A stretch of 63,911 nucleotides of DNA, the filler included, from Pelomyxa schiedti (Eukaryota; Protista; Evosea): NCBI GenBank assembly GCA_020536535.1. It is 14 parts of 14 records of this genome, joined end to end, with 100 filler letters (N's around TTAATTAATTAA, not from the genome) between each part and the next. Parts side by side here need not be neighbours in the genome. Positions count along the whole stretch, not along the records: positions 44,271 to 47,094 come from JAHLWZ010001875.1; positions 47,195 to 49,220 come from JAHLWZ010002169.1; positions 49,321 to 61,329 come from JAHLWZ010001227.1; 11 more parts are not named here. One strand, given 5' to 3'. Of the stretch, positions 44,476 through 55,644 are shown piece after piece. The notes below the pieces were generated by a model that saw nothing but the letters and a program-made list of their open reading frames with translations, had not been told where the DNA came from and ran no database searches. The translations under genes were made by a program, and so were the position numbers. How positions within the stretch are numbered: position 1 is the first letter of the stretch; each line of letters begins with the position of its first letter.

Positions 44476-45290
44476 TCAATTAATAGATGGAAAGTGGGAG
44501 GGATCAAAGGGCACAGAGAAGTCACCAACGTGGAACCCTGTTGGGCAATCATGCACTGCAAACTTGATTTCAGTGCCAATCTCTGAACTGTGCTGTGTTG
44601 TTGAGACAATCAGGTGAAGGTGAAATGCGTTTGATCGGGATGCAATTGCTTTGATCACAACTGCGGGTGCGTAGGGTTGGGGCAGAGTGAAGGTGGTGCT
44701 TTGGTGACCTAGAGGGGATATGTGGAGTATCAGGAGTGAGCAACAATCAGTTGTCTAACCCGGCTGCTGCCAGATATCTATGGTGGTTGTCAGAACTGAG
44801 AAAAGAAAAAAGAAAAGAATACACATGTGCTAAGCCGGCAATGTGGCGGGCCTGGAACAGAGCAGAGGCAGTGAAATGTTATTCCTGGTGCCTTGCAGAC
44901 CGCTTCGGCCTAAGTTGAGGTGAGGAGTACAAACAAAATGTAATGGGTTAATACCTGGTGACAGTAACTGGCTAGCCTGGAGAATAATGCTTTGGTGCCC
45001 CTAGAGGGGATATGATGAGTATCAGGAGTGATGCGCAAACAGTCCCAAAAAAGAAAATAAAATCAAAGAAAAAAAGAAAAGAAAAGAGACACCTGCCTGA
45101 GTTTCAGCCGGCAATGTGGCTGGAATTGCGTGGAGGCAGTGAAATGTTATTACTGGTGCCTTGCAGACCGCTTCGGCCTAAGTTGAGATGAGGAATACAA
45201 ACAAAATGTAACGGGTTTCTACCTTGGTGAGTGTATGGCAAAGTTCTCCCCCACCTGCAAAAAGTTAAAAAGAGGTGAAGCGAGAGAGGA
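44476..45290 (-). CDS. Multi-exon gene of unknown function with an internally duplicated exon pair
   Basis: Spliceable exons AEAVCKAPVITFHCLHAIPA and AEAVCKAPGITFHCLCSVPG, then GHQSTTFTLPQPYAPAVVIKAI..PSHFPSIN*. Confidence 0.35.
44697..45230. repeat. Tandem duplication, period ~291 bp (about 2 copies)
   Basis: TGCTTTGGTG.CCTAGAGGGGATATG at 44697 and 44988; AGGCAGTGAAATGTTATT.CTGGTGCCTTGCAGACCGCTTCGGCCTAAGTTGAG occurs twice. Confidence 0.9.
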
Positions 45291-45323
45291 GGGAATACCA
45301 CAGAAAGCTCCGCATCGATGAGA

Positions 45324-45380
45324 GCAACGCAACGCAACGCAACACAACGCAACGCAACGCACCACGACGCACCACAACAC
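45324..45380 (+). repeat. (AACGC)n imperfect pentamer microsatellite
   Basis: Seen directly in the sequence. Confidence 0.8.
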
Positions 45381-45802
45381 CATTATTTTGGCCTCACATC
45401 CATCTCCTGCCGTCTCGCCTCTTGACACTCACGACCATCATTGCACTGGGAACGTACATATACATACGGCCCTCTGGACTTGTTTTTTTTGTTTTAAAAT
45501 TTTTTTGTTTGCAACTTTGTTGCAGGAGGCTGGCCCAGAGGAATAGTGAAACAAATAACCTTGTTTCATCCGCCAAGACAAGGGCCAATGTTACTAGAGG
45601 TGTAGGGGTTGTGTTGTTGTATTGTGCTCAATTTACCCTCCCCTCGAGGTAACTGCTGCCAGGGGTTCCTGGTTGGCACTGAGGGGATGCACAGGGGAAT
45701 TTGGTGGCTTATGTGATTTTTCCCAGGTATCCCCTTGTTTCCTGTTTGAGGAGTCACTGCTGGCATGATTTTCTGTATTTCTGGCAGCTTGGATGGTGAT
45801 CT

Positions 45803-46122
45803 TGTGTACTTCCACAAAGTACACAAACTCTGGACTATTACCAGAATGAGACAGCGAAGGTAATGATCAGTGCAGCAGGGCACACAAATACAGCAACAAG
45901 AACGTGGCAGGCGGTTTTGATTACATGCACACTTGTCCGAGAATCCATTTGAACATCGCAGCCTTTTAACCCAATCACACAACCGCTCTGTGAGATTTTA
46001 CACACTCCCTTTTTATCCCTTTACAAACAACAACGAGAACACATAAGAGAACCCTTTATTCTCTTCACTTCACTCGTTTTCTTCCTCTGTGGGGCTTATT
46101 CTCGAGCCCACAGAAGCTAACA
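45803..46122 (+). mobile_element. Copy C of the TGT...ACA element with 4-bp target-site duplication ATCT
   Basis: ATCT|TGTGTACTTCC...CCCACAGAAGCTAACA|ATCT. It has an internal deletion of ~65 bp relative to copy D. Confidence 0.9.
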
Positions 46123-46140
46123 ATCTGGAATGTCAATGTG

Positions 46141-46355
46141 TGTTCATGAAATTTCACTCTACAAAATAGATATTTTGGATTGAGTGAGGAACACTCACCA
46201 AGGGATACACCATCACTTCTGTGTTCCCATGATCCACCCATATTTAAACGAAAATTCCCAAGCCATGGGTATGCACAGAGCGCAAATAGAATTCCAGGTG
46301 AGTGTTCCTCACTCAATCCAAAATATCTATTTCGTAGAGTGAAATTTCATGAACA
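46141..46355. mobile_element. MITE-like element with 59-bp terminal inverted repeats (TGT...ACA)
   Basis: 46141-46199 is the reverse complement of 46297-46355 with one mismatch, around a 97-bp spacer. No clear TSD. Confidence 0.8.
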
Positions 46356-47194
46356 AAATAGTGCTAAATAGCTTTTAAAACGCAATGGAAAGCCAATAAA
46401 TTGATAATGTAAACGAAATGAATAAACTAATTGTAAATTGAAGTGAAAATGAGAGTCTTATGTTGCATAGCTTTGGAATTGATCCAGCGACTTCAGTGCC
46501 GGAAATGTCCGCTTCCATGTCGGAAATATCCGCTTCAGTGCAGGGAATGTGCCATTCCACAACATCATGATCGCGATTCTACCATGCTGGAACTCTCCTT
46601 GCCACTATGCCACCTTGCCAGATACACTCTCCTCTCTTTCACCAGGATACCTCCAAAACCACTATGCAAGAACGCCGTAATAAAATAATGTGGTTTGGGG
46701 TTTTATTATGCCTTAAAGGGAAAAATCGGCATAATAGAGTGTCACAGAGAACAACAGCTTGTTGTAGTGCATGTACAGATGCAATGCAGTGTAGACAGAG
46801 TCGTTGCCAAAACGCTTGAGCATCGGAATGAAAAGAGCAACAGAGCAACGCAACGAAGCAACAGAATGCGATGTCACCGCATGGATGTTGAAGTACTCGA
46901 ACGTAGCATGCCAAGAGAAGCAACGTTGTGTGATAGCAATGTGCCGATGCGAAGATAATCGCCGATGATGTCAATTCGTCGATGAATGAAGAGAAACAGT
47001 GTCAAGATGATGTAGAACATGTCAACAGCGTGAGTCAGATGACTGTCAACAGCGAGCCATGTGCCGTGTCACTGTGATTGATGTCGATCTTGATNNNNNN
47101 NNNNNNNNNNNNNNNNNNNNNNNNNNNNNNNNNNNNNNTTAATTAATTAANNNNNNNNNNNNNNNNNNNNNNNNNNNNNNNNNNNNNNNNNNNN

Positions 47195-47934
47195 AACCAA
47201 CAACCACCACCAGAAGCAAAAGTACCGTGATGAGCCCAGAAGCAATCAACCTACAGCGGGAGGAACAGGACCCACCAGAATACACTGATAACACAAAGAC
47301 TGATGTGTGGAACTTCGGTAACTCATTCTCACTGCACATCCCACACTTACCAACAAAGGAATTCTTGTTCACAATGTTGTTGCTCCACTGTCCTTGGTTG
47401 AGATAAGGTCCACTTCCTCTCTCCGCATTTCTTCCAGACTGTGTACGTCTACCTGGACACCCTCACCACCTCCAAAAGCAGCTATTGTTGAACAACAGGC
47501 CCCCGAATTCTCCCTTCTTACAATTCTCCGTGGACTAACAGCCAAGACCGCGAATCGTAGTAGCAGTGGTAGCAGTGGTACTACTATCAGTAGCCCCACA
47601 TGGACACCAGGACCTGATGATTCCGGTCAGAGCACATACAGTATTGGTAGTAGTATGTAGCCATCTATCCGTACTTTACCAAAACCACCATAAACCCCCA
47701 GAAGCACGCCGCAGGCACGTCGAGAGGCACCTGGTTGGATACGCACTCGCGAGTGGCACATACGTTGTTGACTTCCCTCCCACACGCAGGAAGTCAAAAC
47801 GGCCACGCCGGGACCCATCCTCATCATTTCCACAATGGGCACGACAGTTGGTGACACTGTGCTTGGCTGCTGAGCCACTCAGAAGGCCATCAATGAATGA
47901 CCTCTTGATTGTGCTGTCCTACTTTGAGGACTGA
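47195..47934 (+). CDS. C-terminal fragment of a pseudo-Roco-type pseudokinase (paralog of 55645-60392)
   Basis: KTDVWNFG|..HVERHLVGYALASGT..QWARQLVTLCLAAEPLRRPSMNDLLIVLSYFED* parallels KIDVWNFG..WAQQLVTMCLVAEPTNRPTVKQLL. Confidence 0.7.
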
Positions 47935-48339
47935 AGGACTCATGACTTGATGTGTTATCGTCGCTCTTGATTATACAAGTAAGCACCCATGTTGCACCAG
48001 GAATGTTCACAGACCACAAAACCGGTTTTGTGATGGCGTGGCAACCCGGTCACGAATCATCTCAACTAATTTTTGATCAGATTCGTCGTCGTTATCGGTG
48101 CTGAGCCGGAGTTTCGTGTCTGCGGCAGTGTAAATGACATTGAATTTCAATGACAAATTTGCCGCTGACACCATCTGTACTGTGTGTTGTGCATTTTTTT
48201 TCTTTCGTCTGCACCAACGACAAAAGCAAAAACAAACCGCCCAACAACAGCAGCAGCAACAGCGACTGCAAAACAACAACTTCAAGTACCCATGATCAAC
48301 GACCATTGCCGCGTGAACTTGGGGTATTGCCACCGCCTT

Positions 48340-49220
48340 GTTTGGTGTTTCCTTTTTTTGTTGGTGTGTTTTTGGAATGTTACTCTTGAAGGAATAACTT
48401 TTGATAAACAGGCATCAGGGAGGATTGACAATGTTGTGAATCACCCACAGTCACCTTTGTTCGAGAAGGAGAAGAGCCTAACAGCCACAACAAGAAAACA
48501 ATTTGTGGTCTGTTTCCAGGTATAAAAAAAAAGGATGACATCACATCTGAATCTTTCTTCTTGAAGATCCCAATTGATAGAAGAACTGTGCTTCATTTCG
48601 TTGCTTATTCAGAAATGGGACCCCTTTCTCCTCCCACGTTGGCTAATGTTTCTCTTAACCCAGGGAGCGAATAATGGACCCACAAACACCAGATAGCTAC
48701 AGAAATACTTGGGCAGAAGCTCACGTGCAGGTGTTGCCATCCCCCATGACCAGTCTTGCCAAATCACCACCTTTATCTCTCTTATCTCATTTGGGCTTGT
48801 GAGAACTTACATTGACCTTGAATCGATTGTCAAACAAGTCCTTGATTACAACAAGCCCACAGCAGCAACAAAGGAATAAAATCATTCAAAATTTTCAATT
48901 CCTTGCTCCTGCACTGCCAAATACATTCACCAACCTCCAACCACGGAATTCGTTTACTGTTGGCGTTCCCATAATCACAGTGCCCACGTCGAGCCCCACG
49001 CAATGGGCGGTGAGCGGGCCCTGCCACCCGATTATGGGACCCGACTATGGCGCCTCCCACAGGGGCTCGACAACGCCGAGCGTCGGCGACACCATCGCAA
49101 CCCCGCGGGTTGGCAACAACAGGAGGAGTGGTGACCATCAACAACAACAATTCCAGAGTTGTTTGATGGTGGGCCCTGCGATGGGCGCAGCAGCTGGTGA
49201 CACTGTGCCTGGATGCTGAA
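48340..49220 (+). pseudogene. Highly degenerate third paralog of the same pseudokinase
   Basis: TGGGCGCAGCAGCTGGTGACACTGTGCCTGG (WAQQLVTLCLDAE) at ~49178-49220. HVEPH and FLAPAL remnants lie in different frames. Confidence 0.4.
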
Positions 49221-49320
49221 NNNNNNNNNNNNNNNNNNNNNNNNNNNNNNNNNNNNNNNNNNNNTTAATTAATTAANNNNNNNNNNNNNNNNNNNNNNNN
49301 NNNNNNNNNNNNNNNNNNNN

Positions 49321-52305
49321 CGACTGCATACAAGGACGACGTGAGTTACATTGGTTCGCTCATCGAGCAGGTCCGCTCAGGCAACGCCGACGCGATGTAC
49401 GACCTCGCCAACTGCTACCTCGAGGGCAGCAACGGCGTCGCCAGGGACCGCGGCCAAGGCGCGGCGCTGATGCAACGCGCCGCCGACGCAGGCAACGCGG
49501 CGGCCATGCTGGCCCTGGCCTGGGCCCACTACAGGCCTCCCCCGCCCCCGCCCCCCGGCGGCCGCGTGCTGTGGGCGAGGGACCTCGACGCGGCGCAGCG
49601 CTGGTTCACGATGGCGCGCAGCGGCGCCGGCCTGTACAACGTCGGGTGCGACTACTACTACGCCGGCGCCGGGGTGGAGCGCGACGCGGACAAGGCCGTC
49701 GCGCTGTGGGCAAAGGCTGCCGACCTCGGCGAGGAGCTCGCGATTGTGCAGCTCGGGTGGTGCTACCAGCACGGCGTGGGGGTGCAGCGCAATCCAAAGA
49801 AGGCCGTGAAGCTGTACAATGACGCCATCGGCCTGGACGACTGCCATTCGTGGAGGCTTGGTGTGTGCTATCTGCGCGGCGAGGGCGTGAAGCGCAACGT
49901 CACAATGGCTGTGAAGCTCTTTCGGTCGATCACCGACGCAAACGCACAGGCATACCTTGGGTGGTGTTACTTGTGGGGTGGGGGTGGCATCGAGAGGGAT
50001 GTGGCAAAGGCCGTGGCCCTGCTGAGAAGTTCTGTTTCGGTGCGTGGAAGGAAGGAGGTATTCCTTGGGTATTGTCATGAAACTGGCGTTGGTGTTGATC
50101 AGGACACAGCCAAGGCTCAAGAGCTATACAATGCTGGAAAGCATACACCAGAAGGTGCAGAGGCCCTTGGGGAGCTGGGAGTGTTTTGTCAAAGGGGTGA
50201 TTGTGGTGCACCAGTAGATAAGAGGATGGCTATTGGATATTTCAGGATGGGTGCTGAATCTGGTGATCCAATTTCAATGTTTCACCTTGGTGCGTGTCTC
50301 AAGGATGGCAATGGTGTTGATTGTGACTTGGAACAGTCACGACACTGGCTGGGGAAGGCCACTCAGTTGGGGCACAAAGGGGAAGTCATGTCCCAGGCAA
50401 TACCAAAAAAAAAAGGTGTCATCGATGCATTGCAAAAAGAAGTGGAGTCCTTGCAGATGGAGGTAAAAAAGAAGAATGAACAAGTAAGTGCTTGGCGATT
50501 TCCTTTCCATTACATTGATGTTTGGCAGCTTCTAAGAAGCGAAAGGACACAGGAAGACACTGCCAAAATCAACTTGGAGATGTCATCTATCAAAGAGAAA
50601 CTGCCTGAGAGCTTTCCCGAAAATTACGAAGTATCCAAAAAAAAAGTTGTGAATGATTCGTTCACCCCATCAGGACACTGTAAACACAATGACTGCACTT
50701 ATACCAGCGACTGCTGACGATTTTAGGGTTGAGAAACTCCTTGGTACTGGGTCAAACTCAGTGGCGTTTGAAGTCTGTTATCTCCCACGTTCTGCCATAT
50801 CTCCAAACCAAACAGGAAAGAACATGGTGATGAAGGTAGTTTTCAACTGGGAGAACACACCACGGCAATCGTTTCTGAGGCAGAAATACATGGCTGAGTG
50901 TGTGATCCTCTCATTGGTTCCACCTCACCCAAATGTGATTCACCCTCTTGGCACATTGGTACTCCCTTGGTACATTTCCCTTAACATACAATGCATTACA
51001 CTCACATTGTCACAGCCTCACAAATGCATTTGTTGAGAAAATACCTACAGACCAACCATATTTCCGGGAGTTGTGCTCCAACAAGTCATTGGCCATCCTG
51101 ATGCCCCACTGTGGCATCACCTTGCCTTCCTTCCTCTCCTCATTAAGCATGGAGGACAAGAAGACAGTTGAGGTGGTACACAACCTCCTCCTTCAAGGAC
51201 TCAAAGCCATTGTGCACATTGAGTCACAGTCCATTGTCCACAGGTTTGTGTTGGGGCCTGGTATTTCTCAAATAAAACACACAGAGACATCAAGGAAGAC
51301 AACATTCTTGTTGACCCAGAAAGTGGCGACCTGACACTGATCGACTTTGGGGAAGCTGTGCACTGCCTGAACACCAACCTTGAGATGGCAATTTCCTCCA
51401 TAACACAGCCCTGGGGCAATGCAGGAACAATTCCACCTGACCTGAGCATCTTCCTCCGGAGTATGAGGAGTGGAACCAGTGGTGTGTTCTCATACTCGAA
51501 GTGTGACTCTTTTGCACTTGCCCTCACCTTCTGGGATGCTCTCTTACCCCCAACCAACAAGTTCATTGGGACCTTGGACTGTGACACAAGTGCATTCACC
51601 ACCCAGGCACTATGCACTGAGTTCCCTCTAAACCAATTGTTATCTTCAGAACAACAAGGCAGACTGCTGGAAACAGTGATGATTGGAATGATGGAACCTG
51701 ACAAGGCAAAAAGGCTCTCTGCCTCTGATGCAATCTCAAGGCTTCAGGGTGCCACAACCTCAATGCTTCAGGGTGCTGCAACCTCGGGGCTTCAGGGTTC
51801 TCCACCAACAATCCAATCTCTCCTTTCGACTGTTACTAATTACACAGTTGAAACACTCCTTGGAACTGGTGCAAGTTCAGCTGTTTTCAAGGTACAAAAC
51901 TGTACAACAACAAGCAGCAGCGGCAAATTGTCATCACCATCAACAACAGCAGTGGTGAAGAGCTATGTGGTGATGAAGGTCCTTTTCAACTGGGATGACA
52001 CATCACAGACAATGCTGAAGCAGAAATACATGCATGAGTGTCAGATACTCTCATTCGTTCCACATCACACAAATGTAATTCATACTCTTGGGGACCTTGT
52101 AGTCCCTTGGTATGTTATCTGATTGGGTCATTTCACACCCACTTCAGGTCAAAAGATTTTTTTTTCACAACCCACAGCCTTCCAGCAGAGTTTGTGGAGA
52201 AGATACCTGCAGATCAACAATTTTATCGAGAACTGTGCAACAACCAGTCACTTGCCATCCTCATGCCTTATTGTGGGATCACTTTGCCATCATTCTTATC
52301 TTCCT
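49321..52305 (+). CDS. Sel1-like repeat protein with coiled coil and two tandem PINK1-like Ser/Thr kinase domains (both ends truncated)
   Basis: About 8 SLR units (AMYDLANCYLEGSNGVARD, QLGWCYQHGVGVQRNPKKAVKLY, SMFHLGACLKDGNGVDCDLEQSRHWL). Kinase 1: LGTGSNSVAF, VMKVVFNW, PPHPNVIH, VHR|DIKEDNILV, LIDFG, WGNAGTIPPD, YSKCDSFAL. Kinase 2 starts ~51835 and is cut by the gap. Confidence 0.85.
51741..51810 (+). repeat. 24-bp coding tandem repeat x3 in the inter-kinase linker
   Basis: GCTTCAGGGT units encode LQGATTSM LQGAATSG LQGSPPTI. Confidence 0.8.
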
Positions 52306-52453
52306 NNNNNNNNNNNNNNNNNNNNNNNNNNNNNNNNNNNNNNNNNNNNNNNNNNNNNNNNNNNNNNNNNNNNNNNNNNNNNNNNNNNNNNNNNNNNNNN
52401 NNNNNTTTTGGTGCCAATGATTACGATTGCACGATGCCACTGTGTTTTTGTTT

Positions 52454-53518
52454 TCACGATATGGAGCACTTGAGGGTGGACACTCTGGAATAATCGAACT
52501 TTGGGGACCACTCAGAGAGCCATGTGATGATTCTGTGGAGTGACTGAGGTGCAAACACTGACGTGCTCCCAACAACCCAGTTGTGTGGTGGTTTGTATCT
52601 CGTTGTTGTTGTTGCGGAGGAAGAGGTGGTGTTGGTGTCTGGTGATGATGACGATGACGATGGTGGCGGTGATGTGAATGGGGATGATGGTGACGATATG
52701 AGTTGTATGATGTGTGCCACATTGTTATTATTATCACTATTGGTGCTGGTGATGCCGGTGGGTGATGCTGTTCTGGTTGTTGTGGTTGTGGAACTTGTAG
52801 TACCGGGTGTTGATCCGGGTGCGAGGTCATATGTTTGTTGCATTGTGAGAAAAAGTGATTGTGGTGATAATATATATATTAACCTGTGGTTGGAAACAAC
52901 GAGGGGAATGTCGCGGTGCGATGACAGTGTTCTGAGTGTCTCCCTCAAAAACGGAACGCTGGATTCCTTGTGCATTAGCTATTAGTTTCCGGTTGTGTGA
53001 AGTGAGAGTGAATTTTGCCGGTTCATTTCTGGTGGGGTGGGAAATAATAGCAACACATGCATACAATGTCGAGGCAATCAATTACAAAGAGGACCGCGTT
53101 CGCGTGTGAAAGGAGGAGTTCGAGGTCGCCAGGGTCCGGCGATCCGTCAAGATCATAAATCCCAGTGAGGAACAGGTGCTCCGCGTCTTGGAAGTAAACC
53201 ATGGACAGGTTCTGGTCTTTGTAGTAGTGTTGGAATGAGGGGCATGTGTATCTGTCATACCTTTATAATTTTAGTGTTGCAGCAATTGGAGATTAGGGTT
53301 AAAAACAACCACGTGACACACAGTCATTAACATCAAACTAAAAAAAAAAACCAATAACAACACCAACCAATCAGAACGACGAAATGAAAATGAAAATGAA
53401 CAAGAACGACACACGGAAACATCTGCTGCAATTTGCCAACCAGAGTCCTCTTGCCGGAACCGGAAAGGCCAATCACAGCAAGTAACGATGCCCATGGTCC
53501 AGGATACCGCCGCTCCAT
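52454..53518 (-). CDS. Atypical Ras-superfamily small GTPase with low-complexity insert and C-terminal CSIS (CaaX-like)
   Basis: LLAVIGLSGSGKRTLVGKL (P-loop), HANAVLFVIDCLD, DIPLVVSNHR, Thr/Ser/His insert, WVVGSTSVFAPQSLHRIITWL, ending ..KCSIS*. Confidence 0.65.
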
Positions 53519-53629
53519 GAGTTTCGTTTTTTTCCGGTTTGCTTTGGTGGGTTTCCTTTTTGAGCACTTCACAAACAAGCTGTTGTCTTGACCTGGATGC
53601 AGGGGATAAAAGAGGGTGAGCGCGGTTAC

Positions 53630-54579
53630 TCAGATGAGTTGTAAGAAATGTATTACCAGGAATTCCGGTGGTGTGTGGCAATGACGAAACTGTGGACAAA
53701 TTTGAATATACTTGGTGCCATTTGAATGGAGACCTTTGTAAAATCTTCTCTGGGGAAGAGTGAGGTGAGAAGTGTGAAGTGTGAAGTGAGAGAAGTTATT
53801 GGATGTGGATTGCACCCAGAGGACTGTTGTGTTTGAATTTTGATGTTATAAATAGAAAAATATAATTAATATGTGTTGCTAATTCTGTGCAAGATGTATA
53901 TACCACTGAGACAGATTGGAAATCGATTTTGCTCCACAAACTGGCGAACCAAGCCATATGGCTGAAACTGATCATACCTGAAAATAACGATTGAAATGCA
54001 AGTCATGGTTAACTGGTGCAGTAGTAGTATAGTGCAAATGTTGGTAGGAGAGCGCTTGTTTATTCGTTGGGAGGAAGGATATATACTCTCGCCTTTCGTG
54101 CAACATCAAAGAATAATTGTCATTCGAAAATGAAGATAACAACTCCTTGTCAGTATAAATCCATTGGTAAAATTCGTCAGCATCCGTTTCAGTCTCTAAC
54201 TGTGTGTGGGTATGTATTTTGTGTTGGTTGGTGGTATTCTCACACACACACTTAGAGACTAAGTCAACATATATAAACAAAAGAAAAGTCAAGAAGAACC
54301 TCAAAACAAAGATGTGATGCCCACTCCAGGCAGAAGTGCCAGCACAAGATCCTGTTCACATTGACCTCTGATGTTGCGTACCACTTTTCAATCAGTGTCT
54401 GTGCAATAATTTTCCATGTGATACTGTCTGGGGAATCATGTGAGTGTCCGAGAAAGAAAGAAAGAGTGTGTAGTATTTACAAACCAGGATAAAGATCTCT
54501 CCAGTGGGTGTAGTCTTTGGGCTGTGCCCAAACATACACCATGCGGCGCACTGCCACTCCATAAATATCAGATACTGGT

Positions 54580-54672
<93 letters not shown>

Positions 54673-55427
54673 TTACTCAAATATTAGAATTGGAATATCT
54701 TCTGGAGTGTGTGTTTGGTGGCAGAGTTGGAGAGAAAAAGAATAAGGATGATGATTGAGCGAGCAGTTTTGTGTCCTCACGATAATCCAGAGAAAGGAGT
54801 ACATGCCACCCTTGGAGTGGAGCTGAATGCCACAATGACTTTGTTACTGCTGCCACTACTACTCCCAGCAGTCCCGGGCCCTTCCATTTGTTCTCCTCCT
54901 GTTCCTTTTTTTGTCACAGGACGGGCAGCGGCAGAAGTGGCAGCGGCAGGGATGATTCCGAAATCCAACAAGCACAAGTGAGCCCAAAGAGAGTCGCAAC
55001 ACTCCTGTGTGTGACAAATGCAATTGTGAAGTGCTTTGCATGTGACCGCAAGTCGTTGTATTTCCTTCCCGTTCAGGTTCCTGTGTAAAAACATCAAAAA
55101 ATTTCCACAAANNNNNNNNNNNNNNNNNNNNNNNNNNNNNNNNNNNNNNNNNNNNNNNNNNNNNNNNNNNNNNNNNNNNNNNNNNNNNNNNNNNNNNNNN
55201 NNNNNNNNNNNAATTTCCACAAATTTTTATGACAGAGAGAGAAAAGAGATGTGAGTGCGCGTGCGAGTGAAGTGAGTTTAGCGACTGCGCCAACTCACCA
55301 ACGAACGAACTCACCTGCAGATTGCCAGCAACACTTGAACATCTTCGCAACAAAACAACAACAAACAACACCCATCTCCATCATCGCGGGTCCTGTGACA
55401 ACCACGGCTACCACGACGCTTCATCAT
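53630..55427 (-). CDS. F-box protein, multi-exon, spanning the 100-N gap; 3' end uncertain
   Basis: EDVQVLLAICR|NLNGKEIQRLAVTCKALHNCI..DSLWAHLCLLDF is an F-box-like pattern, with downstream WRDLY. Confidence 0.55.
54585..54668 (+). repeat. (TG)42 dinucleotide microsatellite (intronic)
   Basis: Seen directly in the sequence. Confidence 0.97.
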
Positions 55428-55644
55428 TTCCGATAATTGACGGTGAGAATGATTTTTAAATTTTTCTTTTTTGTTCCTCGTCCGAAGCAACCCACAGAGA
55501 CCCATCAGTCTGGAAATCGATTAAGGTGATTGCTGATGACCCAGGGCTCATGGGAATGTGTTCCTTCAAGGTCTCCAAAGGACTTGCAAAAAAAGCTCCA
55601 CTCTTCGCATGTTCAGCAACCTCAACAAAATCTCACCTTGATCA

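Noticed and set aside
48007-48333. Small minus-strand spliced ORF ending NRFCGL*
   Set aside because: Possibly coding, but too short and without a recognisable motif to call.
54440-54758. ORFs with CVCVCV/HTHTHT runs
   Set aside because: Translation of an intronic (TG)n microsatellite.
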